A DNA stretch of 64,000 bases, from NCBI GenBank assembly GCA_010093705.1, contig MU006090.1, positions 2,224,022 through 2,288,021 on the forward strand, written 5' to 3'. Below are positions 24,393 to 36,728 of the stretch, piece by piece. This DNA comes from Patellaria atrata CBS 101060. Taxonomy: Eukaryota. Made by a program: the position numbers and the translations under genes. Position 1 is the first letter of the stretch; each line of letters opens with the position of its first letter. The notes under the pieces are model-generated. The model saw nothing but the letters and a program-made list of their open reading frames with translations, was not told where the DNA came from and did no database searches.

Positions 24393-26063
24393 CTACAGGA
24401 AGAAGACGTGGATCATGAGCGCTATGAGCATTGCTATGCCGCTCTGTTTTCCATGCATCGACGATGCTGAACCCGTCGTTGTTGCCGCTGCTCCCCCAGT
24501 CTCCGTTCCTGATGGAGTTTCTGAAGTGGTCGGTGTACCTTGGGAGTCTTCGTCTTTGATGATGGCGTAGATCTCACCGGTGCGATCACTGCTCATGAAA
24601 AGTCTGCCTCTACTATCAAAAGCGAGGCCAACTGGTCGAAAACAGTCGTCGGGACATCGTGACGTGCCTTGGTTAGCCATTATGGAGATAGCGGCTGATG
24701 TGCTGTCGCTATCTTCTACTGGCTCGCCCTCCTCATTGAATCGTATCATGCCTACGTAGTATCCAGCTGGGTCATCTCTGTTCCTATCTTCACAGTTAGT
24801 CCAGCACGTCACTCTTACCAGATAGAAGTTGCCATTCGCGGCATGAGCGCATTCAGGAGTCAAGGTACGGAATAACAGTAGTAAAATTGTCATTCATGAC
24901 ATGGCCAAGAAGGGAAAGTTAGATAACATACCAGCTACCATGGAAGGAGACCCAAGCCTCTGTCCCCCCTTCATTGAAAACAAGGTCTAATGGTGCCGTA
25001 TGTGCCTCGAACGTTAAGCGGGGTGCAATTCTATCTTCTGAACATATAGTATCGTTGACCGTAGAATTCTGTTCTCCAATGGCAAACTGATCACCAACGT
25101 GGATATCATCGTTCCCAGGAATGCTGTCCACATCCCAAGCGGCAAAGCAAACTGGGTATCCATAATTTTTGCCTTGTCCGCTGAAGTCGTTATCTTGGAG
25201 GGTGCCATGGTAATTCAGTTCTTCTCCTGGGTTATCCTCGTGGATATCTTCCCCTTCCCTCTCCATCTCATCTATGCTATTCTCCACGCTGTATATACCG
25301 CCTGATTGAGGATGCTCCGCCACGCCGACCGAGTTGCGAAGACCCCATCCAAGCAGTAGGCCATCGTTGTTATAATCGTAAGGAAGATTAGTATCATCGG
25401 TGAGATCGAAGGCCTTTATTTGAGAATGGCCCGAAGTCACATCGAGCGTTTGGAGGTCGAAATTGCCCTCACTCCCTCTGCTGACGACTAGAGTTCCGTT
25501 GACCTTTTTCGACAGTAACAACGTTCTTGATATGTGACCGCCATTATTGCTCATATTCTCGACCAGGATTCTCTGATCGCCGCGGACCTCCCTTGCTTCG
25601 GCGTCATAGTTCCAAGCAGAGACTGATTCTGAAGTGGAAGCATAGAGCGTCTTGCCGTCATTGGAGACTTGGAGGCCGTGATTCAACTTGAAAGGTGCGT
25701 GGATCGTTAGAACGGTGTTGTTGTTGCTGTTGCAACAGCAACTCTTCCTTGAGAGATACTTACGCTGCCATCGTTCACGACTGTGCGCCTATCGGAAAGA
25801 CAAGTCCCATCTCCATCGAATGAGAAGGCAATTACACCCTTCCCCTGGTCAATAACCAGTAAGTTTCCATTCTTATCAAATGTAATAGCACGAGGGCTTG
25901 ATAACCCGTTCGCGACCAATTGGGCCCTATACCCAGACGCAAGCGACGGCGCAGGGTAATCCGGCGTCAAGGTGGTGGAGCAAGCACTTTGAGCTGCCAC
26001 TACTTGAAGATTAGGAAGGACAATTTGAATCGATAGAAGAAGCAACTTGTAATCTAGACCCAT
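24393..26063 (-). CDS. Secreted PQQ-dependent glucose/sorbosone dehydrogenase-like beta-propeller protein (AA12-like) with GPI-like tail
   Basis: Signal peptide. Motifs LNHGL, GHISRTLL, GWGLRNSVG, DNPGEELNY, HTAPLDL, SFHGSWNR and CFRPVGLAFD. Introns about 25688-25763 and 24784-24931. Ser/Thr linker then a hydrophobic C-terminus. Confidence 0.85.
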
Positions 26064-27301
26064 GGTTGTGACAAGGAGGCGTTGGTATTGTTCATAACTT
26101 CATACTGACATCTATGGGGCGAGTAGGGCGGATGTTATAGGTGGATGGAAGTGATCGACTTGTGAGATATGCAGCCTGTATCTGCAGAATGCGGCAAAAC
26201 GGCTCAATTTGTTAGTACGGAGTACTCTGTTACAAGCTGGTGCAGACTTCATCTTCAACGCGTCATCACTTATTATTGTTGGACTCTAATAAGATCATGG
26301 AGTTGTTCGTAAAACGTGAGACGACGCTAGTTCTGGAAACTGTACGCTTTGCGTGGACAAATTCGATAGTGCTTTCATTATAAAACTATCAATGCCAAAA
26401 TCATCTACGGCCGGTCTAGGAAGACTGAATGCACTGCATCGGGTAATGGAAGCTGTAACTTTGTAACTTTACAACTTACCATCTCACAACTGAAAAGGTA
26501 ACAGTAACGGAACGCAAATCATTTCGGAATCGATTGTGCAGTACTATTGTTCTTCCGTAGGATGAGAAATTTAGGGCAAGGGGCATTCGAACGAGGCTTT
26601 TCACACTTGAGAACTTGGATATTATATTGTCATAATCTATCGCCGGTAATATGTATATTTGAAGTGTTACGGTCACAGCAGATGCAAGTGCTGGGTGACC
26701 AAAGCAGAGACCAGACTTTTATCTCGCATTCCTTCATTAATCACTCCTCTTTTTCTATGGAGCGTCATTCCTTCAATCGCAGACATCCAGAAAAGCATGA
26801 CAAAAAAAAAAAAAGAAAAAGGGGACCCAGAAGCAGAGCCAAAACCCAACGTGCATGTTTATACAAGAATTTTGGGTCACGAGCCCGCGGCACATCGTGG
26901 TGGGAGCAAGTCTAGGTGAAGGAAAAACATTAGAGTAGACCCTCTTGCAACGGATAACCAGAAAAGACACATAAAAGGTTCCCACGGTGAAAGAACGCTC
27001 CGGCTTTTATATGCTGCACTTTTGGACTGAATCAAGACCATTCGGACAATGCGAGAAGCAAAAGGAAATGTGAGAACGCTAATATGCATGAAAAGATGAG
27101 GCCGCGATTCAAAAAGAGAAATGCAACAAAGCACGTAGTATTGCAGGAAGCGGTACCACCCATGCAACGGACAAAATTGTAGTCTAGAAGCATTCATTCA
27201 GAGGGCAAGGCGCTCACGTCAAACTTTTCAGCAGAAGCGGAGGACGTAAACCGCTTGCAATTGATATGTGCTCCAAAATCCATGGAACATAAATGTAAGA
27301 A

Positions 27302-30300
27302 TTACATGACTGTCATTAATTTCATTTGTGCCGACAATTCGGCGTCAGGCGACTGAAAAGTCTCGTCGGTGAGGGCAGGACTTTTATTCGTTCTTTGTCG
27401 CCGGCCTTTACGTGAAGATGGAGATGATGGAGAGCTATCCGGTGGCTCTCGAAACAAAAGGCTTAGCGCTGGTTCGACTGGTTTGGGACTTTGGGCCGGA
27501 CTGGAGTAAAGCCCTTCGGCTTCACGTATGATTTCTTTGACCTTCCGCATCAGAACACTGACATATGGTACGATACGCCGCAGAGTAGCTGTGTCAAACT
27601 CAACCTTCTTTCCGGCTGGGACGGGTTGTAGTGGGAGCGGGTGATCTACGGTGCTCTTCCTCTTCTGTAGGGCTTCGATAACCGATCTAGCTGCCGCCTC
27701 TGAATCTTTACGTGGACGATTCGTAACAGGAGTGGATGGTTTGGATGCGATGTTAGGGGTGGGGTCAGTCTTCGGCTCGTTGAATATGTCACCATTAGGT
27801 GGGAGGACTGATTTTCTTCTTGGTCTAGCTGTTGTTGTCGTTGCAATAATGGGATGGCCTTCTGTGGACTCTTCATGAAATGAAAGACCAGATTTGCGCC
27901 GTTGGCCTGCCTTTTTAGGAGGAGCTTCTTCAAAAGCATCGAAGTCGAAGCCTGGCGAGGAGGGAGGTGAAGCCTGCGGCGGCATCACCGGTTCCTCAGC
28001 TTCCTGGTCTGCAAGATCAATCATGGCATCTACCTCTTCCCATACATCACCCTTCCTTGCTGCAAGAATGCCCAGGTTCGAGGCTCGAATTCGAAGTTCT
28101 TTCAATTCTTCAATGAGAAGGCCCCATTCTCTCAATAAGCCGATGTTTGCGAGCACATTGCTTTGTTGTTCGCGAATGCTTTGCGGAACAAACATTGCGT
28201 GCCCACTATCAACTCTCTTATTGCCATCACTCCCCTCACCAACGGGTTCATTTGTCCTCGTCTCCTCAAAATCGAAATCATCGTTCCAATCCTCGCTGAC
28301 GCCTTTGCTCCCAACACCCCAGGTTCCGAATTTATTGGTGACAGTAGTGTCTCGCTTACCACCAATGTCGGGAACGACGGGAACACTTTGGCTTCGCGCA
28401 TGCAATGCACTGGGTGCACGTCGTCCTACAGACCGACTACCTCTATCACTAAGATTTTTCTTGCCATGTACTGTCTTTGGGCGCGGAGGTGCTCCGTTTC
28501 CAGGACTGTTGTCTGAAGGTTGTTGTTCTGCCCAGTCAAAGAGGTTGCTTTTTGCATCTCGTTCGCCGGCTTCAATTGATGGTCGCGGTAAAGCTGTCAA
28601 TGGGCTCGAGAACGATGACACTAACATCGGGTTACTTCTTCTCAACGTTAGTGGTGTAGCAACATGCTCCGTGATTCCCATAGTATCTTGGTCTCGATCC
28701 CAGTCCTCTTCTTCGTTCTCGTCATTCAGAGTCCACATAGCCTTATATCCATCAAGAGGTCCGTCCTGATCACGAGATGCAGGGTTTGACGAGTGAATTT
28801 CTGTTAGCGCAGAAGATGACATGTCGAGTGGCATAGCAGTCCAATGTTCACCATTTTCGGGGGACACCTCATTAAAGGTGAGCTTGATCGGTGTAGAGAT
28901 ACTCTCTTCCTCCTCAATAATGCAATCGTCGTCCTTGAAATCCATCGGCTGCTCTCTAAAAACACCATTTACGAGTAGATCTTTCAAGGGTGAGATTTTC
29001 CCTTTACTTCCCGAATGATGAACAGAATCGTCAAACATAGTTTCAATTAATGGACCACGGGGTTGATTCCGCGTCATCCCGGGACGTATTGAATCAAAGA
29101 CGGTCTCACATTGAACGTCGACATCATCTTCCTCACCAGATCCTACGCCTCGAGTTTCACTGTCCGAACCAACTAGAGTGGACGCTTGTTCTGAAGGTGT
29201 GACGGAATGACGAGAAGGGCGAATGTTTGCTTGCACAAGCGTTGGTGATGGTGGTACCCGAGTTGATCCAACAATGCTACTTTGTGAAGAGTGACTATGA
29301 GTGGGCGGAGAAGTATATTTAGAGTCGGCGGTAGGGACTGCAGGCGGGCCGGAGGGTAAGTCTCGGGTGGTAAACGACGAAACGTTGTTTACATTGAAAT
29401 AACTATCTCCGTTAGATGTTTTACCAGCAGGTGGCGAGAACAAGGATCGCTTAGAAGCCGTAGGGTCCGTAAAATCACGTTTCTTTGAAGGTCGCTCAAA
29501 GTCTCCATGTGCAGTTACGCTTTGTCTGCTGCCCATCGTAAGAAGTGGAGCTGAAAATGTTCTGCGTCCAATTCTTTTGGAAGGGTTAGTTATGCTTTGG
29601 GCCTTACTTGGACGCGATTTCCACGATTGAGCATTCGTTGCAATCAGGTCACTGATAGAGAAAGAGCGCCTAGGTGATCGATGTTCAAGTGATCCAGATT
29701 CAGAAACTAGAGTATCTCTCAAAGGATCGGTGAGCGCGGATGGATCTTCACAAGTTGGAGACAACAATAGTCCAGAGGGGGTGACAGGCCTGCTTCCGAA
29801 ATAGATACTGTCACCATCCTGACTGAGAGAATCATCGAATTCAACAGAGGACGGGGCGACAGCTTGAGCCATGAGCAGTGTAGCTGTATGTTTTCCGTCT
29901 GGATATATCCGCTTTATTGATCGTGAGTCGCTGGTCGCAACGCGTTTCTTTGATATCACCCCTTCTTTTGCAACCTTGGGGCTAAAAAATTGTCGCCATT
30001 GCACATCTTCATGTTCAAGCAGCACAAAGGGGTTGTTACTCGTATAGCTTCCCTCTGTGCTTATAGCCATCAAGCTTGATCGACGTTGTAGGGTGGCTGA
30101 GCGCTGGTGACTTGTTGCCGGCCTCCTCAACGTTGGCCTTCTACTTGTGTGGCTATCAGATGGTGAGCCGTGTATAGTCCTTTGCGAGGATGAACGCTTA
30201 ACAAGCTTGTTGGGTGGTAGAGGGGGCGGACTTGGCTTTCCAATGATAGGCGCGGTCGACCCGTTATATGAGAACGCGGTGGAGCCATTGGAAACAGACA

Positions 30301-30992
30301 CGGTGGGTGACTCTGGTCTTGGGCTGGACGAGGGGCTGGATGCGTGCGATGATGAGAGTGTAGATAATCGCTTCATCCAGGATGACCTTGACCGTAATGG
30401 GAGTCCAGGGTCAAACTCCACCAACTCGTGCTCAGCAACAGAAGCCATGCCGCTCAAATCAGTGTACTGATGCAGAGCGATATCCCCACCAGTCATCCTC
30501 CTAGACCTTCTTGACGATGTACGAGCATCATAGCTACGGCGACTGCTCCCTGAGCGAGGAGCGGTAGTGCCAGTCGGGGTGAAGGGTGAATTTGAGTACG
30601 GTGTTTGGGTCGACGATGACAGGCGAGAGGGTACCATTGGCGTGTGGTTGAAGTCGTGATGTTGTGGGGTATTCCTTCTACTCGACATTGCTTCCGGGTT
30701 TCGCTCAGCACGGCCTAGAGAGAGACCGGCGGAGGAGACACCCACGACCGTAGCAGTAGCACAGAGCTGTATCACATAAAGTCAGTTAGTTTATGCCGTC
30801 ACATACGGTTTCGCAAGCTTCAATTGGGAGTGCTTGGGAGGTGAGAGAGACGGAGGCTGCTGTCTCGGGATGCCGAGACAAGCACGCTGGACTGGTTGGA
30901 GACTCGTTCAAATCGAGGTATGGGAGTGGAGAGAGTGATGAGGTAGGAGATGCAGTGAGATGGGGGAATCGTACCGTGGGAACCGTTTTCAT
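27302..30992 (-). CDS. Large Ser/Pro-rich hypothetical protein (start at 30992 via a 40-nt intron, or at 30688)
   Basis: Open frame of more than 1100 codons with ordered-looking blocks FGTWGVGSKGVSEDWNDDFDF and NIGLLREWGLLIEELKEL. Candidate intron 30767-30806 (GTATGT..CTAAC..CAG) joins an upstream 62-codon exon in frame. Confidence 0.75.
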
Positions 30993-32911
30993 GCTTCTTG
31001 GACTTCTCGGAGCCCAGAGCTGGCGGGAGAGGACGAAGCAACCTGAAGTGTTGAATGGCGGTACGCTTGCTTCGAAGCTGTGCTCATTATGGCTTCAAGG
31101 GCACGATGAGAGGGTACCTTGGGAGATGCAGCGTGAGCAGTGAGAACGTCTCCACCCGAGTGAGGATAGAGGGAGAGGAGCTCCTCTCATGAAGAGGAAG
31201 ACCAGCTCTACTTTGGGACCGATAGGATTTAGCCTTCCTGGTGGCAGAGTGATCAGTGCTGAGGTTTAGGTGGTTTTGTGTTTGTGTACGGCTTAGACGG
31301 CGTGGACGGGTATGTAGGGGGGAGAGGTGAGTCTACCGGTAAGGTGAAAAGTAGGTAAAGATACAAACCAGCGGGCAGGTTCTTGCTCACAACTCAAAAC
31401 TCACAACAAGCGAAGATATCCACTCCCGTCCGCCGTTTATTTTCTTTCCTTTTCTTTCTTCCAGCATCAACGAGAGAATCAGAGTGAAGTGGAAATCAGG
31501 CTGTGAAAAATTCCGAAAGCTACATAAGGTAGACGGGACAACCCTCTCCCTTCCTCTCTCACTCTACCTACATCCTCCTCTTTCCTCCTCCAAGGACTTA
31601 CCTGGGAAACTTGTGCATTCGCGCTTATAAAAAAAAACTTCTCTGTTACACCCACAAGCAGCGCTCTCCACAGGAGAACATGGATCACGGTTACTAACTC
31701 TACTTGAACAAGACGCTGTTGTGTTCATCTGTACGACTGTAAGACGCATGACCTCGTCTTTCTCACGTTTGGAAATCGCGCGGCGACTACGAGTAAAATC
31801 AAGTTGGATGAATGGGTCAAGCGACTCAAGACTGCATTTGTAGCTCTTCATTATCTCACTCCTCTCTGACCGACAAGAGACGCCGTCAGATTGTCTCCAC
31901 CACAATCTGGCATAGCGGAATCTGGATCCTGGATTCCAAGCTGGAGGATACAGAGATTACCGAGCAGGGAGGATGCTTCGACTTTGATATGTAAATGCAA
32001 ATTCCCAGCTTTCATTCATTTTCCTGGCGCTTTGACATATGATGAGATATCGTAATATTGTACAGTAGCCCTATCGCATCATTTCCCATGAGAAGGCTCA
32101 GAAGACCAAGGAATAAAGGACGTCGTTCTCAGCTTGCTCCTACGCATATCTAAGAATGATCGTCGACGCATATCATAATAATCGCTGTTGCGCAAATAAG
32201 AGCGCGTTCCGCCTCTGCTGCCCGCCATCCATCTGGCATTTCATACCCTTTCACGCCTCTCTTGTATCCGCCGGAAATGTAACCAGGCCGTGCAGGCTGT
32301 CGTTAAAAGGCGCCCAGCCATCTGCTCTACCAGGACTGGGCTGAGGAGCCTGAGGAGCCCCTTGGCCCGTCAATCTGCGATGTGCGTTTTAGGCCATTGT
32401 TGCAATCCAATCACTAACCGTGGAGATGTATTCCCTGAAACTCCATGACCCGAGACGAAAGAGCACGTCAGCCGTAACAGACTCGTAAAGCTACCGTAAG
32501 GTGGGTTTTTGTAGGCAGAGCAGGCAGGTTTTTGTCCAGAAACAAGGATGGCATGGTTCTGTGGCTGGCGTTGGTGTCGAGCCACTGGGGAAACCATTCT
32601 ATTCGGGCTAATAATAACAGATGGAGGACACGGCACAATTATAAGAAAGCGGAGATATGAGGCGAGGGAGGGGGGATCTTCCACCACATGTTACTTTTTT
32701 TTCTCTCGACATGTCTGTCTGATATCTCAGGTTTATCGAATGATATAGCTGTCCAGCGCTGCTTATAACCAACCGTTTGATAAAATCACAATGGTGAAGG
32801 AGTCTAGTAGGACGTATTCATACAAGTCTACCGTAGAAGCTCTATGAAATGCTCATCGGCATGCAACGAACAAAACCTCTGTGTGCTGTACAACGAAAGG
32901 CTGAGGGGTTC

Positions 32912-32940
32912 GTGAGAAGTGAGAAGTGAGAAGTGAGAAG
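32912..32940 (+). repeat. (GTGAGAA)4 tandem repeat
   Basis: Four perfect copies read directly from the sequence. Confidence 0.85.
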
Positions 32941-33490
32941 CGAGTTGTAAGGATGCTTGTTGGTCACCATATGTAAATGTTCTGTACTCCGTATTGTACA
33001 GGCTACAGTATGTCCTTGAAAGAGATACTGGCTTCGTCACCTGCAATGATACATGGAATCGCATGCCCCACTGCGAGATGGCCGAAAAAAGACGCCGTCT
33101 TGTTCGGAAAATAGCTTCCACAATGATGAATTGCATAAGTAGTGCGTTTTGCCGCCAGGCTTTTTGCAAATGCTGTCGACGTGTCGTGTGTGATTCGCGT
33201 ATGCAAGTTAAATGCCCTGAAGATGGTTTCGCTTCAAGCCGAAGAATACCGCTCGATTGGATTTAAGTACAAATATCTTTCTAGAAAGTCGACCCGGAGA
33301 TAATTACGGATAGCAATATTTAAGCAAACTTTTCCAAAGAACTACCGTAAGGTAGCGACTAGTAGAGGATATTATATGCGTGTCACAGCTCCTCTGGTGC
33401 AGTACTTATTGTTAGTCCTAACGTCAAGAGATACACAGGTATCACCCGAGTATCTTCTTATCTTATTACACTGGTACGGCCACAGGCTAA

Positions 33491-33542
33491 GGTAAGGTAA
33501 GGTAGGGTAAGGTAAGGTAGGGTAAGGTAAGGTAAGGTTAGG
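33491..33542 (+). repeat. (GGTAA/GGTAG)10 pentanucleotide microsatellite upstream of GCN20
   Basis: Read directly: ggtaa ggtaa ggtag ggtaa ggtaa ggtag ggtaa ggtaa ggtaa ggtta gg. Confidence 0.92.
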
Positions 33543-33822
33543 CCCGGCTCCCGTAATTTTTGCGTTTGGCGCCACCCGACACCAAGTGGCTTACAAAGAT
33601 CAGAACCTAAATCATAACAGCAGCCAGAGCAGCACTGCCAAGTCTCAAGGGTCTTAACTTGACCTGAATCATCATGTTTTAAAAAGTTAGAACGTCAGCC
33701 ACTACTTCTGATTTCGCAGAAAGCTGTCCCTGTGACTTCCGTCCCCCTAAAGCTAGCTCATCGAGAAATTGATTCTTCGTTTATCCAGGAGATTGGTCTC
33801 ATCAGGTAGGACAACTGTGATA

Positions 33823-36237
33823 ATGGAGGCTGAAATTAGAGAACAAATACCCAATATCGACCCAATCCTTACCGATTACTCGGTTGGTTACTTGACACAT
33901 GCATCCAATACATATACATCCGATACGGACCCTAACGGCCCTTCACCGTTAGATGACGCAGCAGCCAGTGTACAAGCTCTGCTAGTCTCCGCTTCAGGTG
34001 ATTACTCTCCCGAAAACGAGATAAGCATTCGAAACTTGGTGGAGAAGTTCATTTCAAAGTTGAATGCTGCGAATGGCGTCGATGGCGAGAAACGTCAGAT
34101 GGCCCCTTCTGCAAAGAAGTTGGATCAAACCATTAATGTTGCGTCCCAAAGGAATATATCATCAACTCTTGGACTTACAGGCGGAAATGTTGATCTCGAA
34201 TCAGCAAACACGCGGAAAGTGGAATCACGAGTGGACCGTAAGAAACTGGAGAAAGCAGAACGCAAAATCAGAGCGAAGCAGGACCGCAAGGTCATGAAGA
34301 ATGTTGAATATGAAGCATCTCGTCTGCTTAATCAGACTGATGAGACTCAGTCATACGAGGAATTCTTCATGGCTGTCAATCCCTTACAATTAGGTGCTGA
34401 CGCAAACACGAAGAGTAAAGATATCAAGGTTGACGGAATCGATGTCTCAATATCTGGCAAGAGAATCCTCAGCGATACAAGCTTGACGCTAGCATACGGG
34501 AGACGTTACGGCTTGGTAGGTCAAAATGGTATAGGTAAATCTACTCTTCTGCGTGCGCTTAGTCGACGAGAAGTCGCTATCCCCACCCACATTTCCATTC
34601 TTCACGTTGAACAAGAGGTGTGTGGGACTATCTTGATATCATTCTATAGCCTACTTACTATTGATACAGATCACTGGGGATGATACACCAGCACTGCAAG
34701 CCGTGCTAGATGCAGACGTGTGGAGAAAACATCTTCTAAAGGAGCAAGACGTGAGAAAAACAAGCATCCATTACCCGTACAGTAACTAATGTGTACCAAG
34801 AAAATCTCCAAGGAGTTGGCGGAAATCGAAGTGGAGCGTTCGTCAATGGCAGATACATCTGTAGACGCTGCCCGGCTAGATAAACAACGTGAAGGGTTGG
34901 ACATCACACTCAGTGATATTCACGCAAAACTTTCAGAGATGGAGTCTGATAAAGCAGAATCTCGAGCCGCAAGTATTTTGGCAGGCTTGGGTTTCTCCCC
35001 TGAACGCCAACAGTTCGCAACAAAGACATTCTCTGGAGGCTGGAGGATGAGATTGGCCCTCGCGCGTGCCCTGTTTTGTGAACCTGATCTGCTACTTCTC
35101 GACGGTAATGTTAATTTCCCTCTTGATCATGACCCCTCCATCTAACTCTGCGTAGAACCGTCGAACATGTTGGACGTCCCTTCAATCACCTTCTTATCTA
35201 ACTACCTTCAAGGCTATCCGAGTACAGTTCTGGTAGTCTCCCATGACAGGGCTTTTCTGAATGAAGTGGCAACCGATATCATCCACCAGCACTCGGAGCG
35301 TCTCGACTATTACAAAGGAGCCAACTTTGATTCCTTCTACGCCACCAAGGAAGAACGACGAAAGACTGCAAAGCGAGAGTATGAGAATCAAATGGCGCAA
35401 AGAGCGCACCTTCAAGCATTTATCGACAAATTTCGCTACAATGCCGCCAAATCCTCAGAAGCACAGTCGAGAATCAAAAAGCTGGAAAAAATGCCGGTTC
35501 TTGAGGCCCCTGAAAGTGAATACACAGTTCATTTCAAGTTCCCGGAAGTAGAGAAGCTCTCCCCTCCTATCATCCAAATGACAGATGTTTCATTCGGATA
35601 TACGAAAGACAAACCGCTGTTACGGCATGTCGACTTGGACGTTCAACTGGATTCTAGGATTGGTATTGTAGGACCCAACGGAGCCGGTAAGACCACGGCG
35701 CTTAAGCTTCTCATTGGTGCTCTTCAGCCCACGTCAGGTTTGATCTCACAGAACCCCCGGCTTCGGGTCGGCTTCTTTGCCCAACATCACGTCGATGGCC
35801 TCGATCTAAATGCTAGCGCAGTAGGCTTCATGGCAGCTAAGTATCCAGGCCGATCGGACGAAGAATATCGCCGGCACCTGGGAGCATTTGGTATCACGGG
35901 CATGACCGGTCTTCAAAAGATGGAATTGCTCTCAGGAGGGCAGAAATCGCGCGTTGCGTTTGCTTGTCTTTCTTTGACAAACCCACACATACTGGTACTC
36001 GATGAACCGTCGAATCATTTGGACATCGAAGCTATGGACGCATTGTCTACTGCACTGCAGCAATTCCAGGGAGGTGTTTTGATGGTAAGCCACGACGTGA
36101 CGATGCTGCAGAACGTTTGTACCAGTTTATGGGTGTGCGACAACGGTACAATTGAGCATTTTGATGGCACCGTGAAGGATTACAAGCGTAGAATCACAGC
36201 TCAAGCGAATGCTGCAGGCGTGGTACAAGCTCACTAG
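33823..36237 (+). CDS. GCN20: ABC-F translational regulator Gcn20 (ABCF3)
   Basis: Two ABC domains (GQNGIGKST / FSGGWRMRL / LLLLDEPSN and GPNGAGKTT / LSGGQKSRV / LVLDEPSNHLD) with no TM segments. Introns 34618-34669, 34751-34800 and 35105-35155. Confidence 0.93.
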
Positions 36238-36498
36238 ACCTATAGGTTGGATGAAGTAGAACTAAGCAAGTGGCTCTACTTTAGGGTTGAGCATTTTGTA
36301 GAAATCACGTTTCTGATTGAAGAGCCATTAAAGTATCTTTGATCTAGTCACCGTGCCTAGGTAGTTCTATCTAATATCCCGCAGATCAAAAATGTTTTTG
36401 TTAGTTCTACGGCTTTGACAGCAGGTTCAGTCTCGTCAACTGCATCACCAGTAACACCTTTGCTGATACACTTACTTCACGGTAGTTATTAAGACTAC

Positions 36499-36520
36499 CA
36501 CGTGACCACACGTGACCAAT
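36499..36520 (+). promoter_or_regulatory. Two tandem CACGTGAC E-boxes followed by CCAAT, upstream of WHI2
   Basis: Sequence cacgtgaccacacgtgaccaat matches the bHLH (Cbf1-type) RTCACGTG consensus on the minus strand. Confidence 0.5.
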
Positions 36521-36728
36521 CCTGGGAAGGCGCTCGGTCTGCTCCTTGAACCCAGAACTTGTTGACCTCTCCCGTCGCGGAAACGAGAAAGTGATCCTCA
36601 CCAAGCACGATCAACCTGCACCACCATTGAACTCCTACTTCTTTGTATTCACCTTCAGATGATTCTCCATTACTGACTCTTCTTCTTTTCAGCCAAAACT
36701 CCATATTTCAAATGGTGTAGGCATCCTC

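Noticed and set aside
31000..33480. Multiple 60-115 aa ORFs in the 2.5-kb divergent intergenic region
   Set aside because: No motifs or consistent splice structure. Treated as promoter or UTR.
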